DNA of 64,000 nt, taken from NCBI RefSeq assembly GCF_964213995.1, contig NC_135818.1, positions 69,564,001 through 69,628,000 of the forward strand. The letters run 5' to 3'. Numbering within the stretch: position 1 is the first letter of the stretch; every line of letters starts with the position of its first letter. The position numbers and the translations under genes were made by a program. Below the pieces are notes generated by a model. The model was not told the origin of the DNA and did not search any database. It was given only the letters and a program-made list of their open reading frames with translations. This document shows, piece by piece, positions 48,745 to 61,570 of this stretch. The stretch comes from Mustelus asterias. Taxonomy: Eukaryota.

Positions 48745-51700
48745 ACCCTTGACTCCAATGAAAATATTGAGGAAAGGTTCTACTCTGACCTTGATGAAGC
48801 TTGGCAACACTACCCAAGGTCATGACTCAAGAACGCAACATTCCATCAGCTGAAGATTGACGCCCAATGACAAATCTGGAAGATAAAGGATGTGTAGTAG
48901 AGGAAGAGAAAGATTTAACAATATGCTGATTATCATGACATGCAAAGATTTTTTTAAGCCATTAGGTCTTTATATAAAGGCCAAGGTCAAATGGAAAAAA
49001 TCCCCTTCATTCACGGGGTGGTATTTGTTTTAAGGGTAACAGTGCCTTCTGTCAATGCTGGAAAGTACATTTTGAACAACTCCTCAACCATGAATCCATT
49101 GTGGCAGCTGATACTCTCCAGGCTATCCCGAGTACCCAGTGGCAGAATCCATTGGTGAACTGCCATCAATGGGAGAGCTGCAAAAAGCAATCAAACAGAT
49201 GGAAAACAACAAAACCTGCTACGCTGATGGTATTCCAACTGAGGTCCTTCGAGCTAGTGGACTTTTGCCAACCTCAAGTCTCCAGGCATTATTCCTATCA
49301 ATTTGAGAGGAAGAATAACTCCCCTCACCACCCCTGCACCCCCCCAAACTCCCACGCCCTCGTCACACACACCACCCTTGGCCCCTTAAATCAGGAATGC
49401 GACAATTGTAACTGTCATTAAGAAGGGAGATAAATTGTTGCTGTGGAAACTATCAAGGCATTTCCCCATTGTACATGTCAGGAAAAATCCTGACGTGTTC
49501 TCATGATTTGCCTACTCTCTGTGGCAGAAGAAATCCTCCTAGAGACACGGTGTGGTTTTAGACTTTCTAGAGGAACCTCCAGCATAGTCTTCATTGCCAC
49601 TCAAATGTCAAGAAAAACACCAAGAACTCTTCATTGCCACCATCAACCTGACCAAAGTAGTCAACTCTGTAAATCATGAGGCTCTGAGGATTGTGCTCCA
49701 AAGATTTGGCCTATCTTGTCTGCACCAGCTTTCCAAACAAGCATTATAGGTTAGTGCCATTCCGCTGCCTTTTTCCTGTACCCCTGCATCACAATCTTGC
49801 AATTGCTTCATGGTGGTATGATTACATCTGTTTTGAGTGGGGAATCTAAAACAAGTGCCTTCATAATGGGCCTGATTTTACCATTGCATCGCGCCCGAAA
49901 ACGTGGTAAAGTCGGGTGTGAGGCGATCCGTGCCCGCGTCCACGCAGATTGCCACTTTACTGAAACCCGGGAATGGCGGCGATCTGCTTCATGCCCAAAA
50001 TGGGCGCAACGGCGATTTAAATACATTTGCATGCATTTAAATTGAATTAATGAACTGCCCGCCCAACTTTATCAGCATTTCCCCCTTTACCACCGCGTTT
50101 GCCAATCCGGAACCGTGCCGTAATGGACCTGCTAAATAAAAGTCTGAATCGGGCGCTCCAGCTGCGTTCAGAGCTTCCAACGGCTCTCTGACTCAGATCA
50201 GTGGTGGGTGGGGGGGGGAGGAGGGAGGCGGGTCAGATCATTCTCTGGTTGGGGGGGGAGGGGAGTGAGGCCAGATCGTTGTCTGGTTGAGGGGGAGGAG
50301 GAGGAGGAGGAGGAGGCAGGTCAGATGTAACTCTGGTGGGAAGGGAGGGGGGTGGAGGGCCGATCGTTGTTTGTTGGTGGGGGGGGGGGGGGGAGGGCTG
50401 ATCGTTGTCTGGGGAGTGAGGAGGAGGCGGGTCAGATGTTCCTCAGGGGGGAGGGTGAGTGAGGCCAGACCATTCTCTTCGGGGGAGGGAGGGGGTGAGT
50501 GAGACCAGATCGTTGTCGGGAGGGGGTGAGTGAGGCCAGAACACTGTCTGGTGTTGGGTGTGGGGGGGGGGGGGGTGGGGGTGGGGGGGGGGGGGGGGTC
50601 CCGATCGCTCACTGGTAGGGGGAGGAGGCAAATGGACCTCTGGTGGGGGGCAGATGGATATCTGGTGGGGGCGTGGGGGGGGGGCAGGGGGGTCTGCTGC
50701 CACTCTGGGCGATCGGTGGGGGGGGAGGGGACAGGGGTGGTAATCGGTCTGGGTAGTGGGGGGGAGTGGGTGGATAAGGGGGACAGTGATGTGTGTGGAT
50801 AGGGGGAGGGTGGATAAGGGGGAGAGTGATGTGTTTGATGGGGGGTGGATAAGGGGGGCAGTGATGTGTGTGGTGTCAGTATCAAATACCGTCTAGATGA
50901 AATACTCTTTAACCTCAGTCACCTCCATGCCAAAACTAAACTGACCACCACAGACATACAAGATCTACAGTTTGTGGCTGACTGCAATGTCATTGCCTAC
51001 GCTTCACCAGATTTTCCAGCCACTCCCAATCTTTTCAATTCTGCTACAAGAAACTCAGCCTCTCCTTGAATGTGGCCAAACAAAACTCATATATCAATCC
51101 AGACCTGGCCAGCCAAATATTCCACCTTGCATGTATGTTGAAGGAAAAACTCTGGAATATTTTGAGTACTTCCCATACCTAGGTAGCTACCACTCACAAA
51201 AGGTCACCATTGATAAGGAGATCGAACACTGGACTAGCTGCTCTAGCTAAGCCTGCTACAAGCTACAGCAGTGAGTGTTTGACACCAAAGACCGCCACAA
51301 GTCAACATAGTTCTGGAGCAGTTGTTATGACCACACTCTTGTACTGCAGTGAAACGTGTACTGTTGATCAGCAACACAAAAGTGCTAGAGATATTCCATG
51401 GCAATGCTTATGTAGCACCCTCCAGAATCAATGGGGGGGACTACTGAACAAATCCTAGTGTCTTTGTTTGAGGGTAGCTCTATATGCATTTAGGCAAAAC
51501 TCCTACATAAGCAAGTTAGATGGACTGGACACTGTGATTAGATATCTGAAAACTGTCTCCCCGGCAGATCCTATACTCTCAACTATCAAACAGCCAATGA
51601 TCCAGGGCAGGACAAAGATAACACTTCAAAGAAGTTATTATTGAAGCATAACAGCACTGACATTTATGACTGGGAGGAGCATGCTATCATTCATTTGGTA

Positions 51701-51920
51701 TGGTGCCAACTTGTCCATCAAACTGCAACATGCTTTGAGTCCCAATGTTTTATTAATGAGGCAGAGTGGTGGCTGAGAGAGAAAGAAGAGGAATAATGCT
51801 GCACTCTGGATCCCACTACGTAATGGGATGTCAAACCAAAGAGATGCAGGCTGAGAATCGGCCTGTTCAGTCACATGAAAATCCATGGCAGAAACTTCAA
51901 ACCCTGAGTAGACATCATCA
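48745..51920 (+). mobile_element. Degraded RTE-clade LINE, interrupted at ~49712-50871
   Basis: ET.CGFR.SRGT, INLTK.VNSVNHEAL, then GVSIKYRLD..LFNL.HLHAKTK, FPYLGS; many frameshifts. Confidence 0.75.
49868..50871 (+). mobile_element. GC-rich non-autonomous DNA transposon with G-rich minisatellite
   Basis: GGGCCTGATTTTACC start similar to 23911 element; repeated G-run/GAGG...CAGATCGTTGTCTGG units at ~50200-50620. Confidence 0.6.
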
Positions 51921-52975
51921 CCAAAACATTCAACATAGTTTTCAGTCAGGCTTGTATGGAGGATCTGTTGAAACTTTGGGGACAACTTGAACCCAATTGG
52001 CTGGCTAGAAACCCATTAAATCGAGTAGAATGACAATTTCACACCTTGCCAAATCTTACACTCCAATGGCTTCAGTTGGGAGTAAAATCAGGAAGTGGTG
52101 GCTGGGTGTAAAATCTGCATTATATCTGAACTCCTTGTAACCCAAAAGATTAGGTTAGGTTAGAAGTGTTCCCTTTAATTCTATATATGCATGTGTACGT
52201 CTGCAATTATGTTGGCAATAGCAGGGATATTAAGGCCTGATCATCAATTGATGAGTACTTGATATATATTTGATGCTCTGATTTGCTACGTGTGGCTTCA
52301 GTTTCGAAACCCAATCATATCTGCCAGACTTAAGGAATGAATATCAGCATAACTTTTACATTGATTTTCTGCTGAATTACTATCTTTTATTTCAGTATTG
52401 TACAACATCGCCAAATTGTGACTGTTTATGGATCAATGGATTTGGATGGCAGTAATGAGTTTGAAGTCATGCTTTGTTTCAGTTTTTTCCCATATTAGTG
52501 ATGGCCTTTCATCTATTTTGATCTATTAGTTATAAAAGTCCTGATGTGGTGAAATCCTTTGGCATATGTGGTCAGTAGTTTCTTACAGCTGCTTCCACTC
52601 TTCTGCCATCACTTCACCAACATAACAGAAATCCAGTTTCCACGTCTGGAGAGATTATGTGTGGTGGAGGGGGAGCAACTCTAAGGGAATTCCTGGCCAT
52701 ACATGTCTTCTCATTATTGGCAAATTATATATCAAATACTAAATTTGATATGGTGCTTAATCAAATTTAAGTATACATTTTAGAGAAGTGCAGTCAAAAT
52801 GAAATCTGTGCATTTTAATCATCCCATTACAGCTGGATCTGTTTGATGGCAGCATGCTCTTCCCTGAACCCAGTAACTCCAGGCCTCTCTGTAAACTGAT
52901 AACAGAACAGCATATGCACTGTTTACTTCACACCAGCTCCACCTGTTTCAGTATTTGTTTTTATGCCATGTTTAG

Positions 52976-53092
52976 TCCAATATAGACAAATGCAAAGGGA
53001 ATCTCTGGGGACCATACCATTGAACCTGTTAATGAAGGGACAACTGGAACACCAGTCCAATGTACCTCACAACTTCAGTAACTGGGACACTG
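52976..53092 (+). CDS. UNC79: UNC79 117-nt symmetric exon (weak donor, possibly alternative)
   Basis: TTTAG acceptor, GTTAAT donor; QYRQMQRESLGTIPLNLLMKGQLEHQSNVPHNFSNWDT, similar to recalled human QYRQMKRGSLG...QLEHQSSAPHNISNWDT. Confidence 0.88.
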
Positions 53093-55841
53093 GTTAATAT
53101 GTTCAACATTATGATATGCACATAGTCAAACTTTGATCTCACAAACACGTGAAGATTGCTAACTCATGCTAGTGTTCATCACGTCATTTCTGAGCCCTCC
53201 TGCTGTGTGTCTTCATGATAACCTGGAAAAAACATCCGCTATGATAGAAGGTTTCTCGTAATATAATTTGTTGTGAATGGTTTGATTATATCATTCAGCA
53301 GGATGTTAGCTGCAATGCGGAAGAATGCTTTTACCAAAGCTGGTTCACTTTGAACAACAAACAGGATATTGTAGGAATTAAAAATAATTCCATTAAAGCA
53401 GCTACATTTGCTTTCAAAAATCAAACTCCAAATCTATGTTAGCTTATTTTTCTAAAAAACAAACTCCTTGACATTTGCTGATTTTGCTTTTCACCTTTCC
53501 TCGGAAACATTCATGCCCCCAGAAGTCTTCTCCCAATTTTACAAATTAATTTGTAATTCAAGTCCAAAATCACAGTTGTTAAAAGTTGTTTCCATTCCTC
53601 CAGTTGAACTTGCCAAAATTTTAAATGCTTGAAAATCTATTTGAAACTAAACAATCAATATTCTCCTAATAGTGACATTGCCAATCATGAGTCCAAAGAT
53701 GTGTGGGTTAGATAGATTGGCCATGCTAACTTCTCCCTTAGTGCCAGGGGACTAACCAGGGTAAATGCATGGGGTTATGGGGATAGGGCCTGGGTGGGAT
53801 TGTAGTTGGCGCAGACTCGATGACCAGATGTCATGACACTTCATGGGGTCCAGAGTTGATGTTGAGGGCACCTTGGGAAACTCTCTCCTAACTGCATACC
53901 ACTGTGCCTCTGCCTCTGCTGGCTCTATTCTGCTGGTTGGACAAGAAATACCCGGGGATGGCGATGGTGATTGTCTGTAAATTATGATTCAGTGAGTATG
54001 ACAATGTCAGGCTGTTGCCCGACAAGTGTGTGAAACAGCCCTTCTAAATTTTGGCACAAGCTTGTCCTATGCCCTGAGTTTAAGTGGCCCAGTTGAGTTT
54101 GATTTTCCTTCTTTAGGGGCTGGAATTTCATCTTAGAGACAGGTAGTGCGAGGGACCAGTGGGATTAAGTGTGGGCATGGGTTGGAATGAGTTGGCATAG
54201 ATCAGGATGAGGGGCATGTGTGAGAGCTTGAGGGCCTAATATTCAACAGTATAACTGGGATGAAGTCCCATAGAAGTTTACCGGTTTGGCTTGCCGACCT
54301 TGGGTTAAAGTGGCTTGAATGGTGCAACTTACATTCCAGGGGCTTTGGGTGCGTGCTATAGATGCCGAGCGGTGAGCCAGGATATAGTTTGGAAGTTCAT
54401 ACTGGGGCTGCTGAGTGCCGAGGTGAACTGATTGAAAGGTCAATTTTTGTTCTATGGGACTTCATCCCACTTCTGCTCTTAAATATTAAGCCCTCTCGCT
54501 CTCACCTCCACCCAGTCCCACCTATGCTAACCCATGTTACTCCATTCACACCCAAGGCCCCTTATAGCCCCTTTGTCAACATAGTGCAAACTCATGCCAA
54601 ACTATGCCCAATCACGTCCCTTTGCCCTTACATTTTCCATGCAAACTCACTGGATATCCACCATGAAAAGACATCAGGAGTCAAGCTGTGATGAAATTAA
54701 ATAAAGTTGTAAGTAACCATTACAGAATTCACTATTTGAAAAAGCTCTCAACAATTAAAGACCATTCAATACATTTATATCTCCCCAAGTACTTAATCCT
54801 TTCAAAAAACAAACATTTATATTCACAACACCACACTAAAGACAACTAATACTTTAATAACCTCTTGGAACTGTGCCCCCCACTGCGATAAAGAGAGGTT
54901 GCGGAAGCAATCACGCAGTAATATGTTTTACATACCTTACCACTTTTGATGAGCATTTATACTTCCACCATAAATTCATGGGACACACACTGCAGGTTAA
55001 GTCCATTCCTGGAATAAAAGATGGGGTCTGCTGGAAATGGAGGCAGATGTTTTTAGAGTCATCCGCCATTTTAAAGGTCTCCATTGTCGCCTCATCTCAG
55101 TGAAAATCTGTGTCACGAAATTGTGGATAAGGGAACACCTCGGGGATCAGGTCTGCGTTGGAATCTGGACCCTGAAGAAAATTTTAACTTTTCACTTTAA
55201 ATGAGAATGCCCATTGAGTTCACCAATAACATCTATCTAAGGAGTGGGAAGGGCATAACACCTCACACTTATGTTGGATGTTCTATGAAATAGAATCATG
55301 AGATGTTTGCTCTGAAGATAATCATTATATTAACCAATGCATGGATGCATTTTTTTTCAATTACAGGATGTGGGCATCGCTGGGAAGGCCAGCATTTATT
55401 GCCCCTCCCTAATTGCCTTTGTGAAGGTGGTGGTGAGCTGCCTTCTTGAGTACAAACTGGGTGGCTTGCGAAGCCATCTCAGAGGGCAGTCACTTTCCAG
55501 TACAAAGAAATAGGAATGAATATGGGACTAGAGTCAATAACATAGCCATTCTGTTCCTTGCACGTTGTTGAAGTAAGTTTCCTTTCAAATAAGGACTTCA
55601 TGAATAGATGCAAAAACAACAAATGCTGTCAAAAATGTTATGGAAATAATATTTTGGGAAAGTTGCTGCAGACAAAAAGTTATTTTTAATAAAATGTTTT
55701 GAGGAATAACAAACAGACATTTTTCAGTCAATTAGCTCTTTAACCTAATGGCATTTTATTTCCAAACACATTTAATTTTAAGTGCATTTTGCCATTAGCT
55801 GTCATGTTAGTTTTTCTGCAATGTTTTGCCAAGTATAAGTT

Positions 55842-56246
55842 TGGTTTAGTTGGTATAACAGTTGTCTCTGAGTCAGAGGGTTTGGTGGTTCAAGCTCCAC
55901 TCCACCTTTTAAGTACTTATCAGTACAGTATTGAGGAAGTGCAACACTGTTGGATTTGCAGCATTTTAGAAAAGATTAGACTACTTGTCTCTCTGTTTAA
56001 CTCAATGTAAAAGATCCATGGCACCATTTGCAGAGCAGAAATTCTCCCAGTGTCCTAACAGACATTCCCCCCACAACCTAACATAATTCTAAACAGGTTG
56101 ACTGATCATTTGCTGCATGTGGGATCTTGCTACATGTAAATTAACAACTGCAGTTGCCAACATAACAACAACAAAGTCGTTATGAAGTTCTTTGGAACAT
56201 CCTGAGATCATGATACGGTGCTACATCAATAATATTTCTTTCTTTC
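55842..56246 (+). mobile_element. DeuSINE (SacSINE1-like), diverged near full length
   Basis: tRNA-like head (TCTGAGTCAGA.GG...GGTTCAAG), Deu-like GTAAAAGATCCATGGCAC...TTCTCCCAGTGTCC, GTGGGATCTTGCT, TTCTTTC tail. Confidence 0.65.
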
Positions 56247-56295
56247 TAAATATATAGTCTTTGTATATTTTTTTGTCCAAAAAGAAATACTCAGA

Positions 56296-56600
56296 CCAAA
56301 GATGTGTGGGTTAGGTTGATTGGCCATGCTAAATTGCCCCTTAGTGTCAGGGCGATTAGCAGGATAAATACGTGAGGTTATAGTGATAGGGTTGGGATTC
56401 TCTGGCCATCCTCGCCCCAAAACCACAGAATCCCACCCGAGGTCAATGGACCTTTGTGTGGACCTCCCCCCGCCCGCTACAATTCCCGTGGCAGGTGAGA
56501 TGGGAGAATTCCCCCAGGGCCTGGGTGGGATTATTGTCGGTGCAAGCTGGAAGGGCCGAATGCCCTCCTTCTGCACTGTCGGGATTCTACAATTCTATGA
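56296..56600 (+). mobile_element. HE1-type SINE 3' half with MITE inserted at ~56389-56515
   Basis: SINE GATAG|GGCCTGGGTGGGATT is split by GGGTTGGGATTCTC...GAGAATTCCCCC. Confidence 0.8.
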
Positions 56601-57592
56601 GAAGCAGACTATTTGGCCTAGCTGGCCTCTGCCCGTGGTGTTTATGCTTCACTCGAGCCTCTTCATACCCTATTTCTTGTAACCCAGTTTGGTTTATAGT
56701 TTTGGTGAAGGTGTGTTTTTTACTTTTTAACTTTCTCCATTTTTGATGTGGTTTCTTCGGCAAAAGGGTGTTTGGTGTGGAAAATAGGGAAATTCACACT
56801 GGTGCCACGGGGGTGATTTACTGAGATAAAGGTTAGTACAGAATTCTAATAAAATATATTAGATACAAAGATTATGAAAAAAAAAAGTCATCCTCGGGTA
56901 ATTATTTTATATTCTGTGCTTACCTATAGGGTCTGTTTGAATTGGATCAGATGTATGCTATGTCAGTACAAGGATGAAATGTTAGCTTCCCCCTCCCCCG
57001 CCATCCCCCCCAAGTGAAATGTGGATGTGCATCATGTTTTACGAATGATTGAGGTTATAACTTTTGTTTGTGTTATAAGATGAAGTACAGAATAGAGGTG
57101 TACGTTTTAGTGCCCAGTTTCTATTGCTCAAGGCTGTACATTGTTCAGATAATGCAGAGGATTCAAACTGTGCTTAGAAATAGAAAATTGAAAAGAAATT
57201 GACTATGGATCCTTCTATTCCATGCTGCTGTGCTTTCTTAATGTTGCAGTTGTTCAGACAATTTTTAAATTAAAATTGGTCTACAAAGTCCATGTAAAAT
57301 GCATGCAGAAAACTTGTGTGCCTAATGTTGTTAATTAGCACTGATTAAAATATGTAATCAGTTCCATAAGTAAGGGAAATAACATTTGAGCTGTTTCTCT
57401 GCGAAGCCTCATGCCATGTCAAAGCAAGTGGCTCCCAGCACATGAAGCTTTGCACAGCTGGCAGCAACAATGAAACGAACGAACAGACTTATGGAGACCA
57501 GCAGCTGGGGAGATCTAGTTGTTCATTGTTCCTTCCTGCCTACTGGTCTTATCAGAAGTGGCAGCTTTGTTTAGATGTTGCCATTTGTTACA

Positions 57593-57715
57593 CCGAACTC
57601 TACCACCTTGCCCGCCACGGAATCGGAGTGGGTGAGGGTCTGACAATGGAAATCTCCGTTGACCTCGGGTGGGAATTTCTGGTCTTGCCCAAGCGAAGTC
57701 ATAAAATCCTGCCCC
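57593..57715 (+). mobile_element. ~125-bp MITE family copy
   Basis: GCCACGGAATCGGAGTGGGTGAGGG...AAAATCCTGCCCC, similar to 4197-4323. Confidence 0.7.
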
Positions 57716-58162
57716 AAAATGGGTCAGATTGCCTCAATCTGTGCCACGTTTCTGTGTTTCCTTGGGACCCTGGGCACCACTACCATGGCACCAAGTGTGG
57801 ATATTACACCCAAATTCAAGAACTGTCCCTTGACCTAGATGCTGTTTACTGTGATTTAGTGTAGTTAATACATTTTAATTTGCTGGTGAAGGAAAGAACA
57901 AGAATACTTTTAACCTGCTAACTTGGAAATAAATTCAGGAGAAACTGGTAACCTGAATTCTTGGAGGCTGTTTTGGCATGTTATGCGTGGCTACTATCGA
58001 CACATGCATATGTAATTTATAAAAAGAAACAAACCATTGTAGAGAATAAGCACACACTCATAATGCAGCTGTTTGTCACAGACATCTCCCACCAAAAGAG
58101 CCTCTTATACAGAATTCTTACACATTTCAAAAATGTTATTTTCTTGTCCATTCAAAAGAAAT

Positions 58163-58496
58163 GGGTGGCACAGTGGTTAGCACTGCTGCCTCACAGTGCC
58201 AGGAACCCGGGTTCGATTCCCGGCTTGGTTCGCTGTCTGTGTGGAGTCTGCACATTCTCCCTGTGTCTGCGTGGGTTTCCTCCAGGTGTTCCAGTCTCCT
58301 CCCACAGTCCGAAAAACGTGCTGGTTAGGCACATTGACCATGCTAAAATTCTTCCTCAGTGTACCCGGGCAAGCGCCGGAGTGTGGCGACTTGGGTACTT
58401 TCACAGTACCTTCATCCCAGTGTTAATGTAAGCCTACTTCTAGTAGGCTTACATTAACGCTAGAAGGCTTAGTTGACGCTAATAAATAAACTTAAG
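58163..58496 (+). mobile_element. V-SINE, second tail type, with inverted duplication in tail
   Basis: Head, B box GGGTTCGATTCC, V-domain; perfect 17-bp inverted repeat at 58422-58458. Confidence 0.9.
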
Positions 58497-59014
58497 AAGA
58501 AATACAAGCCAAAAAATAATGTTGCATGCATCAACAGAGATTAGACAGCTAAATAGCTATGTAAAGATTTTGTCACTCATGTCTGACGCAAAACTTTAAA
58601 GAGTACCATCTCCCAATGAAGATGCATGTTTTGTAGCAGCAGAGCCAATTTTGTGATTCTTCACCAATACGTTTTACAACAGCAAACAGCAATGCTTTTT
58701 TGTATATCATTTTTAAACCCCATGTAATCCCATTGTTCGGCACTGAGTTAAATTCTGGCAGGAAGCCATCCCATGTTCCCCACTTACACAAAACTGATAA
58801 AAAGAATGATGCTAGGAAGCCATCTGACTCGGACTAATTTGAATGTGTTCTGTGTCTAAAATAGCCCTTTACACCTTTGCTTATTCAATTAAAAAGGATC
58901 AAAGTCTGTGAAAACTGACTGAAATAGATCTTTTTTGGACAGATTTTTTAAAGTATATCAATATCTTGCGTTTATACACATTGCAACATTTGTAAATGCC
59001 TGTTATCTTCACAG

Positions 59015-59117
59015 GTGCTACAAAATCTAGTTTGCTGTCAGCACAGAGCATAGTTAGCATGTTTGTTCCTGCACCAGAGGAATTTACAGATGACCAGCCA
59101 ACCCTAATGTCTGACAG
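59015..59117 (+). CDS. UNC79: UNC79 exon
   Basis: CACAG acceptor, GTAAG donor; GATKSSLLSAQSIVSMFVPAPEEFTDDQPTLMSD; phase 1 to 2. Confidence 0.95.
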
Positions 59118-59711
59118 GTAAGGATATTCATTTACTAACCATGACTTTTTTGCAACACTTTTAAAGATTATATACTGAAATATTCCTCAATGGAAATTCA
59201 ATCAGTTTTTCTACTGAAAATGCAGACAGTACAACACTCCGCAATGTAAATATCCATTGTCATACCTTATTTGTCGTGGAAGAAAATTGATAGTCTTCAT
59301 CATATTTGGGTTATACAGCTAAAATTGCACTGACGAGTGTGTGTGCTGGTTTTCTTGTGGGTTACACATCTGAATGATTATAAATGTGGGCAGAGGTAGG
59401 GGAAGTGTACTTTAAAGAAGTTTGCATTTTTGCAGATGTTGTTTCGTGTAGACTGCATTCTAAAGCAATTGTCACTTCAAACTTCAATGTAGAAGCAGCA
59501 ATAGGATGATGCAATGCAGGTTTTCTACAAAACAATAGGCACTATATACTTGTGAACCTTGTACTGTTAATTTTAACTGTTTCGCCTAAATTCTCTGAAT
59601 AAGCACTGATGGGAAGGAAATTTACCCACTTCCAGTGAGATTTTCTGATATTCACTGAGAAACAAGACAAGTTCTCCTCCGTCAAAGTGTAGTTGGAAAA
59701 TTACCTTCAGT

Positions 59712-60016
59712 GACACGGTGGCACAGTGGCTAGCACTGTTGCCTCACAGCTCCAGGGACCCAGATTCGATTCCTGACTTGGGTATCTGCCTGTGTGGAGT
59801 CTGCATGTTCTCCCTGTGTCTGCGTGGGTTTCCTCCGGGTGCTCCGGTTTCCTCCTACAGCCTGAAAGATGTGCTGGTTAGGTGTATTGGCCATGCTAAA
59901 TTCTCCCTCAGTGTACCCAAACAGGTGCCGGAGTATGGCGACTTGGGGCTTTTACAGTAACTTCATTGCAGTGTTAATGCAAGCCAACTTGTGACTAATA
60001 AATACATAAACTTAAA
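59712..60016 (+). mobile_element. V-SINE, second tail type
   Basis: Head, V-domain and TGTGACTAATAAAT tail. Confidence 0.9.
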
Positions 60017-60212
60017 GTTTGTAATTTTTCAAGTTGTTTTATGTGGATTCACACCGTTTACAATACCCTAATGACAGGGAACCAAATCAAAATAATTGAA
60101 GTAGCCACTGAACCTTGTACAAGCGGCAGTGAATATAAATAGAAGAGATACGTATTTAACATATTACAACTCCATCCAGATAGGCTCCACGGAAGTAATT
60201 GCACAAAACCTA

Positions 60213-60734
60213 GGGTGGAATTTTCCCTTTTTGAGGCTGAGTGTCGCAGTGGGTAGGAAAAGTGGCGTTGAAGCCGCCAGCACCAGCACTCTCCACTGTA
60301 TTGCTAGCAACTCGGGAAAACAAAATCCAATGGTGGAGTTTCCATGACATCATGCAGAGCCCACTCCACCAGCAACTTAGATTTTGTTTTAAAAGATTAG
60401 GGCACCATTTTTAAAGGCTGCCCCTGTACATGAAAGTAAAAATAAAGCTTCTCCCCCATCCCCCCATGCAACATTCCCTCCGCACTCTCCATGGGCATTG
60501 CCCTCACATCAATGTGAAAGGGTAATGTAATGGGAGGATTATTAGCTGTAGAGGCCTGATAATTAGAATTAAGTTTATTCTAATGTTGGGAATCCCATTA
60601 TGTCACTGGCAGGGAATGGAACAATTGCAGTGGCATGTCCTGCCAATGTATAACACCATTTGGGTCTCTTGTGAGATTTTGCGCTCCCGTCACCATTCAC
60701 GCCCGATGTGAACAGGAGCGCAAAATCCCCCTCC
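60213..60734. mobile_element. Old non-autonomous DNA transposon (GGG...CCC TIRs)
   Basis: GGGTGGAATTTT start, AAAATCCCCC end. Confidence 0.45.
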
Positions 60735-61209
60735 CAGTGTGGAGCAGAGTGAATCAACTGTATTTATGTGACAACCCAGAAGTTTTCATGGTAGTTTTTT
60801 TTCCTGGCATCTGGACCACATTGAAACTGGATTTGATGGGAGGATTAACATCTGGGCCTATAGGACCCATATCAAAGAGCCCCACCCAGATGTGGAGCCC
60901 CTGATAAAAATCACATAACACAAAAAAATTACATATAATGACTGTATCAAAACATTGTAGCATTTATAAATACTGTCAGAAGCAGCTGAGGCTAAGTTTG
61001 CAGATTAGTTGCATGTAAGGCTTGATACTTGCCATTGTGGATGGTGTGGTTAAGTTCCAAAAGTCCTCCATCCCCAGAGCCCTGTAAAGCCAGCTTTTGG
61101 CAGTTCTACAACTTGCTATGTGGGATTTGAATTCATAGCTTGTGGACTGCTGATTCACACCTAGGCTTAATGTTGAAGAACATGCTAACAGTTTCATTCT
61201 TTGGTACAG

Positions 61210-61350
61210 ATGCCTTGACTGTGGGGCTGTTCTTGAAGAATATGATGAAGAAACATTAGGATTGGCTATTGTTGTACTTTCAACATTCACTCATTTGAGC
61301 CCAGACCTCGCTGCTCCCTTGTTGCTTGATATTCTACAGTCAGTTGGAAG
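61210..61350 (+). CDS. UNC79: UNC79 exon
   Basis: TACAG acceptor, GTAACC donor; CLDCGAVLEEYDEETLGLAIVVLSTFTHLSPDLAAPLLLDILQSVG; phase 2 to 2. Confidence 0.96.
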
Positions 61351-61570
61351 GTAACCGGTGTAATGGTCTTTGATATCTGCCTTGTTTAAAATGCATTATA
61401 AGTATTGATGGAACTTTAAAGATTGGTTGCCTGGGGAGCATTTTTAGCAAAACAGCACTGTCAGTACTTTTTTGATATTTCATCTGAATGCATGTTTTGA
61501 AGTGAAAATAACTGTTCAACTCATGTTTTATGGATAGATAAATAACATTACTGACATTTTTTCATTTCAG

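Noticed and set aside
50238-50885. 215-aa proline-rich ORF (extensin-like)
   Set aside because: Translation of the C-rich strand of a G-run minisatellite.
56930-56985. Candidate micro-exon after TACCTATAG acceptor-like site
   Set aside because: In the required phase 1 it hits TGA within four codons and shows no similarity to UNC79.
9544-59960. Recurrent short ORFs MDCGRKPEHPEETH / MAQWLALLPHS
   Set aside because: These are conceptual translations of SINE consensus sequence, not genes.
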